Below, in pieces: positions 27,095 through 36,950 of a stretch of DNA of 64,000 bases; position 1 is the first letter of the stretch, and every line of letters begins with the position of its first letter. Where the stretch lies: NCBI RefSeq assembly GCF_037975245.1, contig NC_092565.1, forward strand, positions 23,338,063-23,402,062, in the 5' to 3' direction. This DNA comes from Apostichopus japonicus. Taxonomy: Eukaryota. The position numbers and the translations under genes are program-made. The notes beneath the pieces were generated by a model, which was not told the DNA's origin, made no database searches, and saw only the letters and a list, made by a program, of their open reading frames with translations.

Positions 27095-27700
27095 TTTGCT
27101 GATCTAGGATTTCCTTTTTGCTTAAATTTCGACGCGCCGCGCCAACTTATGATGGTGCACCGCCTAAATAGTGACGTATAAGCTTCAGTTGTACATCACC
27201 ATATAAGTTCTTCTATCCGTCCTCCCTAAATTTACACACGTTCATTACTTGTTTAGATGCAATTTAAAGACTATATGGGTGTTAATTTTACCGATCTAAG
27301 GGTACCTTTCATCGAAAATTTCGACGCTCCTTACCAACCGGAGATGGCCCTCCGCTTAGATAGTGACGTATAACAAAAGTTGTACATCACCATCTGACCA
27401 TATGTTCTACTATCAATCCTCTTCAAATTTTTAAACGATAATTAACTATCTATACAATTGCAGACATGAGATCCATATTTCAAGGATGGGTACATGCAGA
27501 GCACTCGGGAAGTGCCGTTTCCGGCCATCTCGAGGGTTTGTAAAGCCAAAAAAAATTTCTTGTACGCTCCGTGCCAACCGATGGTGGCGCTCCGCTTAGA
27601 TAGTCTTGCTGCCAGGTTTGTCCCACCCCCCCCCCACTTTCACAACGCAAATCCCGCCCCTGGATACTGCTATGGGTCGGTTACATGATAAAGCCTTGCA
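27095..27700. repeat. About 200-bp tandem repeat (about 2.5 units), 360-960 bp upstream of luciferase-like copy B; the units contain the MITE-family internal motif in reverse orientation
   Basis: The units start near 27101, 27301 and 27520. Each contains …ttcgacgc(g/t)cc…ccaac(c/t)(g/t)a(t/g)(a/g)tgg(t/c)(g/c)c(a/t)c(c/t)gc(c/t)taaatagtgacgtata…, the reverse complement of ctatctaagcggagcgccacca..ggttggcgcggagcgt found inside both MITEs. Confidence 0.7.
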
Positions 27701-27974
27701 GCAATTTTACCTAGCTCCTTTAACGTACGGGTACTGTAAAGTTCACGTCGAGGGTGAACTCAACCATTAAGATGTGATATTAAGCCATCTGGATTTTATT
27801 GTAAACAGATAAAGTAGCTTGTGATAAAGTTCATGTTTGCGTGCCATTTATGTCATATTGTATTTATGTATATTTTCATTTTAGGTATAGGTTATCGCTA
27901 AGACGATCGCTTGCTATTTTACGTGATCCGCCACCATCAATCGGCTGTATATCATTATGGCAGTGGCCTGTCAA

Positions 27975-27995
27975 ATAGACAACTAATATATATAT
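27975..27995 (+). promoter_or_regulatory. (TA)n / TATA-like element about 75 bp upstream of the copy B ATG
   Basis: The sequence taatatatatatatatc is at 27977-27993, and tataag is at 28034-28039. There is no transcript evidence. Confidence 0.25.
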
Positions 27996-28061
27996 ATATC
28001 GCCACCTAAGACGACTACCAGTTCTGGGGTTGCTGCTATAAGATCTACATTCGGATAAAAC

Positions 28062-28388
28062 ATGAGTTCTTCTTTGCCGATAATTACTGCAGACCAATGG
28101 TGGTCAACACACAAACGGGTCAAGATCTTAGATGGCGAAATGAGCTACTATGACTCCGATCCAACACAAGAAAAGTCATCGAGAACAGCAGTATTTCTTC
28201 ATGGGAATCCGACATCGTCCTATCTGTGGAGACATATCATTCCACGAGTAGAAGGGTTTGCCCGCTGTTTGGCACCTGATTTGATTGGCATGGGAAGGTC
28301 GAGTAAAATCCCTGACTTGATGTACACCTATGATGACCAGTACAAATACCTCTCAAAGTGGTTTGAATCTTTAAACCTGAAAAACAAG
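28062..28388 (+). CDS. Renilla-luciferase-like protein, copy B, exon 1 (MSSSLPIITADQWWSTHKRVKILDGEMSYYDSDPTQEKSSRTAVFLHGNPTSSYLWRH…LNLKNK)
   Basis: The ATG is at 28062 and the donor AAG|GTAAGT is at 28389. From codon 10 onward the sequence is nucleotide-identical to copy A exon 1 except 2 synonymous positions. The first roughly 27 nt differ (MSSSLPIIT versus MSSSTPVIT). Confidence 0.85.
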
Positions 28389-29370
28389 GTAAGTCAATTT
28401 ATTTTTCTCACGCATGATATCACTTTATCAATATTGAATGTATTAAATATAAATTCTAACAGGTGTACAGAAAATGCTTTCTCTTGAACTATAAGATGCA
28501 CGGAGTAAACATTTACACACACACTAACACACTTGAAATGGACGGTGTTATCAACTAATTTTCGTACATGTTAGTCCATCATTTTATTGACCTATCTTAT
28601 ATAAAAACTTGACCGAAAAAAGTTATCTAAACTGCATGTGAACCACAAGAGCTTCTCGAAGGATGAAATCTAATCAAAATTTTCCTTCATGAAATGTTAA
28701 TTTTCTATAAATAGCCAATGTTATAGAATAGGGGCAACAGGTAAAATACTTTGTGGTGTAACTCCTTGTCATTTAGTGATGTAATTTTATATTCTGCAAA
28801 TATAGTCCAGCCATTTGACTGTCAAGTGTCCGCTTGGGGAAGGGGAGGGAGGGGGAGGGGTTGGAATGTACACCATCCCTCTTTTTTAACCCAACACCAT
28901 AACTAAAAGTAGCTATTAACACAACCTTGCCAGTTAGTCCTAATTTATAACCTAAACATGTTTTGTTTTTTCGAGGATGGTATTTATGGGCACAACATTG
29001 CGTTAAGACGTAAGTTACAGTCTAAATATGTCTCAGAACAGCAGAATATACCATCTAACGCATAAATGCCTTACTTGGAAACCCGATACTCCTAATATGG
29101 GAATCGGCATTACATATTATAAAATATTCCCAATTCTAACTATAAAATGTCGATTATAACCCGTATATTTCCCTTGTGCATTTATAGAGTAATTAACCAT
29201 TGAGTCTGATATGAAAACTTGGTTAACAATTTCAACTCAAAAGTGCATCATGAACAGGTGTTTCTCGCTTTCAATTGTCAAAAATATGGTTTGTTTTTCA
29301 AGATTCTAATGTCCGTATCGTGATCCTCTTCATGAATATTCATATCTGTTATTTCTTTAATTTTATGCAG

Positions 29371-29961
29371 ATTACCATCATTTGCCAAGATTGGGGATCT
29401 GGTCTGGGTTTAAACTGGCTCTATCAGAATCAGGATAAAGTTGAAGCATTGGTCTATTTTGAAGCCATTATTGGGGTTCATAAAAGCCTAGATGATTTCC
29501 CAGTTCTAGCTAGGAGCGCCTTTCAGGGTCTTCGCTCCGATGCTGGGGAAGAAATGGTGTTAAAGAATAACATGTTTGTTGAACAACTACTCCCGATGGG
29601 CGTGGCGCGTAAATTGGACCCGATTGAAATGGAGGCGTACCGAGAACCATACAAGAAGGAAGGTGAGTCTCGACGCCCTACCCTCACTTGGCCACGTGAG
29701 ATACCATTTAGAGACACCGGTCCAAAGAATGTTGTGGATATCGTGGATACGTACGCTAAATGGTTGTCTCAATCAAAGGATTTGCCAAAGTTATTCGTAG
29801 ACAGTGAACCAGGTTTCTTCAGTGCCGAATTGCGGAAAATCAACAAGGATTGGCCGAATCAGAAATCTATGACAGTTAAAGGGATACATTTCCTTCAAGA
29901 GGATGCACCAGTAGAAATCGGTGATGCTGTTAAAGAGCTCATGGCCTCTATCTCCAATTAA
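29371..29961 (+). CDS. Renilla-luciferase-like protein, copy B, exon 2 (ITIICQDWGSGLGLNW…KGIHFLQEDAPVEIGDAVKELMASISN*)
   Basis: The acceptor is ttttatgcag|ATT and a TAA stop is at 29959-29961. The exon is the same length (591 nt) as copy A exon 2 but only about 70% aa identical to it. The catalytic Asp (QDWG), Glu (YFEA) and His (GIHFLQEDAP) are retained. Confidence 0.85.
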   Translation: MTIICQDWGSGLGLNWLYQNQDKVEALVYFEAIIGVHKSLDDFPVLARSAFQGLRSDAGEEMVLKNNMFVEQLLPMGVARKLDPIEMEAYREPYKKEGESRRPTLTWPREIPFRDTGPKNVVDIVDTYAKWLSQSKDLPKLFVDSEPGFFSAELRKINKDWPNQKSMTVKGIHFLQEDAPVEIGDAVKELMASISN

Positions 29962-30989
29962 GAAGAAATCAACGTGTTTCCGCCATTTTGATATTACTGA
30001 ACTTTAATCAGCATTCATTAAATGTATGACCTGTTCGAAATTAAACCAAGAGTACTGCTATGACGTCATCTCCGCGCGATACCTTCAAACAGGGCCCGAG
30101 TTGTAACAGGATAGCAAGCTTAATCGGGACACACATCTATTTAAACGAATGTTTAATTTCGAAGGCAACGGTTGTCGACACACACAGCGTACACAAAAGT
30201 ATTACAATGCGAGAATTTGACAATCTCAGTTTCGTAATATCATATTCAGAGTTCTTAACTTTTTAATATATTGATTCTTGACGATGATATCATACTTTTG
30301 CTAGATGTAATTACTCCACTTCTTCATTAATAGATAACATTAAGAGATCTGTGATATTTATCGTACCTTTAAATTCCCGAACAACTTTACTCTGAAGTTG
30401 CAAAAAAACGCCAATTCGCTAAAAAACCAACATAAGACATATTTTAGCATATGTAAAATGCGTAAGCTTTTAATGTCTTTGTTAATGTGCTCTGAATCGC
30501 AATTGGAAGTTATAAATGTCTCAAAAAGTGGTTGAAATACCTATTTTTATGTTTATTTCTGTTGGCAACGTATACTTATGATTCGGCAACTTAGCTGAAA
30601 AAACTCAAAAGACACAAACAGACACCGTGACGACTAAACATTACTGTGCAAATTATGGACATAGCACAGTGAACCTAAAGTGCCAGTTTCATTTTAGTTA
30701 TTTTAAGCTCAAATTCTATGAATTCAAGTTCGTGTCGGGAGGGAAACAATTATGAGTAGATGCTAAAATCATACTTTTTTGTAAAGTAGAACAGAGCTTG
30801 TGATAAACGTCATGTATGCGTAACATCCGTCACTTTATGTGCACTTACATCGTGGGAGTTTGGACATGATCTACCACTATGATCGGATTTATATAGACCA
30901 ATAACTTTATAGACAATTTCAAGTCAAAGAGATAAATATAGGTCTGGCGGGGGGGGGGGGGGGCTTCTGGCTTGTTTAGATTTACAGGT

Positions 30990-31140
30990 TGCCGGCGGTT
31001 AATAAAGACGAATGGTGTTCTGCACACAAACGAGTCATTGATCTATATGGCGGAATGAACTGCTATGACTTCGATCCAGTCTTACACGATAAAAATCACT
31101 CCAGAACAGTCCGGTTATATTTCCATGAAATCCCGAAATA
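30990..31140 (+). pseudogene. Decayed third copy of luciferase-like exon 1 (…WCSAHKRVIDLYGGMNCYDFDPVLHDKNHSRTVRLYFHEIPK*)
   Basis: The nucleotide stretch aatggtgttctgcacacaaacgagtcattgatctatatggcggaatgaactgctatgacttcgatcc… is clearly homologous to the exon-1 sequence aatggtggtcaacacacaaacgggtcaagatcttagatggcgaaatgagctactatgactccgatcc…. It carries an in-frame stop and lacks the HGN motif. About 250 bp upstream (30760-30850) lies the same promoter-proximal module that is found upstream of copy B. Confidence 0.5.
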
Positions 31141-31767
31141 GATCTACATCTTTCTGAAGAGACTATCATTTTCAGAAAATCGCATCATTAGTTCACAGCA
31201 AGGCGATTTGTACCGTTCTCTGAGAAGGGATAGACTTTCTTATTTTCGTCTCTTACCCATACGTAATTGAAACCGTTTTTTGGACGTTAACAATGAAACG
31301 CCCAAACAAAGGCGGTGGGCCCTAGTACGTATCAGTGTCGGGTTTGATGATTCTGATTCTGACAATGGCTATGGTTATGACTAGGACTACCGGTATATCA
31401 TGACTATGACCACGACCACGGCCACGACCACGACTATGAGTATGACTATGATTATGACTGAAAATATACCAAAACAATCACTCTCTTAGGTCATTTTAGG
31501 TATTCTGTTTTTTTTTTCACGACAATGGTTAACCTTTCGAGAGGATATACTATAATTGTGGTATATCTGGCCACCATATTGCAATTCCTTTACAAATCAA
31601 AACTTTACTACTTCATCGGAGAAATTAGCCATGTGCAATTTGTTATTTCACGCTTCGAAAAGCAACTGGAGGGATTAACCGAAAGCTGCGGCTGGCTGTT
31701 TCAATGTTTAATTAGGGGTTTTGATTCTCTGGAAAGAGTAAAATCTCTAATTATGTGTGTACAAATA

Positions 31768-32163
31768 CAGTGGCGGAGCTAGGGGTATTGGTCAGAGGGG
31801 GCGAGAATTGTCTATAGGGGCGCTTTTGACACTATCTAAGCGGAGCGCCACCACAGGTTGGCGCGGAGCGTACAGAATTTTTTTGAGTAAAGATACTCCC
31901 TAGATCGCCGAAAATGACCCTTTCCGGGCCTTGCTAGTTTGCAGATAAACGAAGAATAAATAGCCGTTAGAGCATTTTGTCAGAAAATTACAGCAAGAAA
32001 ATGTGACAAATGTCAATATTTTTATGAGGAGCGCAATAAAAAAGTCAATAATCGCGAATAAGTAAAAAGTCGTAAAAAGCTGAAAAGGGCGCCAGCAATA
32101 CATTTGAGTCCGTCGGGGGGCATTCGCCCCCCCCCCCCTGACTATATGGACGCTCCGCCACTG
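31768..32163. mobile_element. hAT-like MITE (396 bp), same family, with TIR CAGTGGCGGAGC…GCTCCGCCACTG and a perfect 8-bp TSD tacaaata
   Basis: The TSD tacaaata is at 31760-31767 and again at 32164-32171. There are 12-bp perfect TIRs. The internal sequence ctatctaagcggagcgccaccacaggttggcgcggagcgtacagaattttttt is homologous to the interior of the 16799-17076 element. The ORF-track entries 31525-31782 and 31900-32187 overlap it and are spurious. Confidence 0.65.
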
Positions 32164-33970
32164 TACAAATATTGAAAATCTGAACATGGAGTTATAGCTG
32201 CTGTTGAATCAATAAAAATCAATAAATATATAATTATAAATAAAATTCACATAAACTTTATATAAAATAAAACTTTTTGTTTACTATTGAGAACAAATAG
32301 CTTTAGTCCCAAATTTTGGAAGTTTTTAAAATTATTTTTATTCTTTATTATATAAAATAGACACAAAACGTTGTTTGCATTATATTCTGTACTAGAATCT
32401 CTCCTTTATGCCAGATTGGGTGAAACATGAAGAAAGTTTGAGGCTTGATTTACACACTTGCCAATGTAATTGAATTGCTCTGCTGTTCCACCCCCCCCCC
32501 CCCCGGGCTCTGCCCGGCCCTTCTCTTCCGCCCCCACCTTTTGATAGCTTATTATACCTACCCCATTGCCGCTGGCGCTTAGTGTTCTTTTGACTTCAAA
32601 GAGGGCAAGGTTCGAGAAATCTGGGTCTCATATCCCAACCCCCCCCCCCCCACTTCAAAATGTACTCCGCCTTCAGTGTGACTTACTTTTTCTTGTATAA
32701 GGATTAATTATTGAATTTTAAAGGCAAAATGTACTGCTCAATTGTCATGATGATATCATTCACTCTGCATTCCGAACCATCACCAAATTTCCAAAAAAAT
32801 AATGTCTTGGCCAACAAAAGTCCATGAGGATGTTGCTATGACCTAAGATACAGAGAATGTGTAACAATTTTGTCCAGCTATAAACTTCAGCCACTATATA
32901 GAATATCCAGAAGTTTTGGCTTATCCGACTCGAGTCGAACTTACGCAAATCTGTTCGTCAGCTAAGATATTTGCACCTGCAAAGCGCAGTGCTGCTGAAA
33001 TTGTATGCTTCCTTCAAACCGGTTGAAGGTGCCTTGCTTTGTACCAAAGTACTAATACAACAACAGACAGGATATGCGTAAAGGTTACACAGGCTAGTAC
33101 TAGTATACAGTATCAATTGTTTCATATACCATACCAATTACGATGACACAAAACAAGACTACACTGATATTTTTTGCTCAGATAGTATCAAATCCCCTCA
33201 TATAATTTGAAGTCTGATGCCCAACGTTATTCGGCCTTCCATTGAGTCGAAGAGTAAGAAAGGGTGATCATCTCGTTCGGGAACTTACTTAAACCCAACG
33301 TTAATTAGGCCTATACTTATGCCTACCTCAGTCTGGGTAGGCCTAGTGCTAATTAGTATGACCCTAAGTCACCCTAGTCTAACTTACTAATAATACTAGA
33401 TCTAGCTTAGGCTTGAATTAAGCCGAGCACTTAACGCAGTTCTTTGGCCCAGGCGGAACTTGTAACATTAGGCATTTCAAAGCTAGATAGTATATTTGAA
33501 TGTATGCGTAAAGATGTGAAAACTTTTCCTTGCTTCAACTTCTAAGTTCTAGTTCTTCTGTAGAACTGTTATAATTGAAAACCTTTAGAAGTGTAACTGT
33601 AAATCTATCTCATCCTGGTTGAAGGATAAAACGAAGTCATATAGCAGATGAAAATGTAGTCATCACCTTTGACTCTTAAAAGGGCTTTTGTTCACATTGC
33701 TATATACAGTGTCATTAGAGATCGACAAAATTAGAGCTTGTAAAATTAATGATTGTATACAAACTGTAGAAGATTCTGACTAATGGCCATGCACCTAAAT
33801 CTTAAAATAAAAACTTGTTATTAAAATAATTTCAATATCACATGTAAACCCATAAATTGCAGAACCACTTGTGATCGAATTGGAATCAACTTTTTGATTA
33901 AAAATTACAACAAAGAAAAAAGAGAATGACTTGTAATACAATTTTTGTCCTTCAAATCCTACAGGTTAAA

Positions 33971-34150
33971 ATGAAACTGGCAAGACTGAATTCATCGGTG
34001 CTCCGGAGCCTCCTCGAACATTGCCGAATGGCTTCCTTTGCTTTGAGGTCTATAACTTACAATTCCTTCACAAATAAATCTGCTATGGTAGATGTTGCAG
34101 TAGAGCCTCTGTTATGGATGGTGGAAAAAATAACCAAATACCTCGGACCA
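33971..34150 (+). CDS. ZDHHC16: ZDHHC16-like palmitoyltransferase exon 1 (MKLARLNSSVLRSLLEHCRMASFALRSITYNSFTNKSAMVDVAVEPLLWMVEKITKYLGP)
   Basis: The ATG is at 33971 (an alternative in-frame ATG is at 33926; a possible acceptor ctacag at 33964 may mean a further 5' exon). The donor is CCA|GTGAGT. It matches human ZDHHC16 …KVCLRSLLYNSFGGSDTAVDAAFEPVYWLVDNVIRWFG. Confidence 0.65.
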
Positions 34151-34287
34151 GTGAGTGAATTTACATATTGCATCACCTCGTAGCAGCATGTACTAAGATA
34201 TAATGTTGCAATGACTTAAGATAAAAATGTTGTTCTTATATTTTCTTTTGAAAGCATTTCCATTTTAGTAAGCAATGCTTTCAAATG

Positions 34288-34680
34288 GCTTCAAATTATT
34301 ATGATTATTATTATTAATTACCCCGTTATTTATAAAGCGCATAATCCTAAAGTTCTATGCCCTTTACTTAACCCTGGTCATTGGTAACTTGTCACACCTA
34401 CACACCAAAGTGTGCACAATTCAAACAATCTCTCCTGGGGCACCACAGTGCACTACAGCCATGTGTCCCCTGGGGGACTTCCCATACTGTAGGGTGCAGC
34501 CACAAACCGGCGCACGCAACTATATTTACAAGTCACCTGGTAAGTCCCCATTTATACACCTGGGTGAAGAGAGGCAATGGAGATAAAGTGCCTTGCCCAA
34601 GGACACAACACAATGATCTGGCCAGGCTCGAACCAGTAATCCTTAGATCACAAGTCCACCACAAATACAACTATAATTGA
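34288..34680 (-). mobile_element. tRNA-derived SINE (minus orientation) in ZDHHC16 intron 1
   Basis: The minus-strand reading gives …cttgtgatctaaggattactGGTTCGAGCCtggccagatcattgtgttgtgtccttgggcaaggcactttatctccattgcctc…cacccaggtgtataaatgggg…. It has a B-box-like GGTTCGAGCC and the tgtccttgggcaag core typical of tRNA-derived SINEs. It ends in a (TAA/TTA)n tail at 34290-34320. ORFs 34381-34680 and 34389-34586 are artefacts of it. Confidence 0.55.
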
Positions 34681-35133
34681 TCTTGGGATCTGTACAATAA
34701 ACTGTCTACTTTAAATTTGTAGAAAAGTGAATAAGAATTCTTTCTATTAAAGTCTTGGATATTTCTAATATTGAAAACTTTTTGGGCAAAGGAGAAAGAC
34801 CTTTTTATTGACTAGGCAAAGATATCCTATATTGTATCATGGTTTATCTGAAATTGTTCTTTGAAGTGTTAAATTTCTCAGTTTGCTGTTCTAACATTAG
34901 TTCTCACCCATCAACACAGGTCTTCTTGTTAATCTCAGCCTCTTTTTTTTCCTTTCCAAAGAAAGATTCTTAATAAGTTTATAGCTAATTTTTGTTAAAA
35001 CTCAATTTTTTGATGGGTTTCATATCCTTGTAGAGAACAGTAAATGTCTAAGGCTTCCCTAGGAATTAATGTTTAAATGATTTTACTACTGTACCTGAGA
35101 TAAACACCATTTGGTGTTTTGTTTCATTTTCAG

Positions 35134-35328
35134 ATTATGGTCGTTATGGTGATTATTCTCTGTTCGTTGATCCTGGTCATTCTGTACGTATTCGGTGCTC
35201 CTTTCGTTCTCAGTGAGCAAGGATGGTTTCCTTTCATATTTCATATCGTCTTTGGTCATTGGCTGTTTCTCAACACACTGTTCAATTACTACAAAGGGGT
35301 TACAACGCCACCTGGATACCCACCAGCT
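35134..35328 (+). CDS. ZDHHC16: ZDHHC16-like exon 2 (IMVVMVIILCSLILVILYVFGAPFVLSEQGWFPFIFHIVFGHWLFLNTLFNYYKGVTTPPGYPPA)
   Basis: The acceptor is ttcattttcag|ATT and the donor is GCT|GTGAGT. It encodes a transmembrane segment followed by the conserved …YQAITTPPGYPP motif of ZDHHC16. The ORF-track start at 35119 is a TTG, not an ATG. Confidence 0.85.
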
Positions 35329-36589
35329 GTGAGTAGCCAAATCATTCATCGTTCATGATTCAAAATTTACTGATACAGGGAATATATGAGTGTGCTTATT
35401 TTGCATTGCAAATTTGAGTCATTTTTTCAAGTTTTTTTCAATTTAACATTCAAAATAGTAAATCTTTGCATTTGAACAGTAACTTTAGCCATTCTGAAAG
35501 GCATTTTTAAATCATTCATGAGAAATGATTAATACCCAGCTATAGGATTCCCTATGGTACAAATATATGATATAAAATGCCTTACCCATGGATATTTTGC
35601 ACAATATTATTTTTCTCTTTCATCAAAATAATGAAGGATATAACTTTCTAGGATATGGTCAGTTGGCTGTAGAGTATAGAAACTTTCAACTTGTTCAATT
35701 CTATGATAAGAGTTTCTCTCTTGACCCTTTGAAGATAGCAAAACTGGACATTTGTCAGGCCTCCAATTGTCAACTTTACTTTTTATGCAGTATTACAATA
35801 GTGTATAAGAAGAAATTCTGTGCTGAATAAAGTTGTACGTTTTAAGCTACCATACTGTAGCTTCTGTTAGTTATATGCACTGATTGCGATCATTGAGGAC
35901 TGCCATGTTGTTTTATGCATCAATATCACCTTTTTATGAAAATGGTACAGTACTTTGGTTCCTTTGTATCTATTCTTTACACGCATTATATTACATTTTT
36001 CATTTATAATCTTTGCCCTTTGACATTAATTTTTTTTTTTGTGCTAAAAATTTATTTTATTTTATTTGAAAGACTTCATTGCCAAGATACCAGTCTTCAT
36101 AAGTAATAACTGTTTATACATTACTATATATAGTTGCACTTTTGTTGCAGGTCTTTATTACATGGAAGCATGCCTAGGGTTGATTTGGAATAAATGTTTG
36201 AGGTTGCTTTTTTGGGTAAAAGCAACCTGGAACTAAGATAATTATCTGAATTACAAAATTAGGTCGTCCAGTGTGCTTGATGGTTATATGCCAAAGGGTT
36301 TGGATTCTTTGGAATTTGTTGTTTGTACACTGTGCAATTGTTGTCCTCTGGTTTACTCTAATAAGTTGTTGTGTAACATGCTATTAAAGGTCATTACACC
36401 CTCTCCCTCCTCTTCCACACCATCATTCCAAACGTGGTACATGCTTAAACTGCAAACAAATTTCAAAAAGTAATTGTTCTGGACATTTTTACCCAAACTA
36501 TTCCTACACATTTGAGGTATGAGATTGAGGTAAGTTAAATATATCAGTGAATAGAATTATTGGATATATATTATTTAGAGGCAAGACTT

Positions 36590-36950
36590 TTTATCTTAAG
36601 GATGACCCGTTGAGTGATCAGACTACCTGTAAATATTATCCCTGTGCGTTACCATGGTAATATGTATTAATTAACATATGCAGTATCATACTTGTTTGTG
36701 GATGATCACTTACAGACACTCAATGGTAGATGGTCTGTTTGCTTCAAGGTATTTTGGTTACAAGTACTTTTTTCCATTTGTCAACCTCTTGGGTGATCAG
36801 ACTACCTGTAAATATTATCCCAGTGCGTTACCATGGTAATATTTCTTAATTAACGTATGCAGTATAATATTTGTTTGTGCATGATCACTTACAGACACCA
36901 GGTGGTAGATGTTCTGTTTGCTTCAAGGTATTTTTGTTTTACTCTTACCA
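36590..36950. repeat. About 185-bp tandem duplication in ZDHHC16 intron 2
   Basis: 36603-36770 matches 36787-36950 (…tgatcagactacctgtaaatattatccc.gtgcgttaccatggtaatat…gatcacttacagacac…ggtagatg.tctgtttgcttcaaggtatttt). Confidence 0.7.

Noticed and set aside
31321-31450. Possible exon-2 relic following the luciferase-like pseudo-exon
   Set aside because: The region is a degenerate (atgact/acgacc)n microsatellite. I could not see a convincing alignment to exon 2.
33926-33970. Upstream in-frame ATG extending ZDHHC16 by 15 codons (MTCNTIFVLQILQVK)
   Set aside because: An acceptor-like ctacag ends at 33964 and there is no similarity to ZDHHC16 N-termini. The ATG at 33971 is preferred, but 33926 cannot be excluded.
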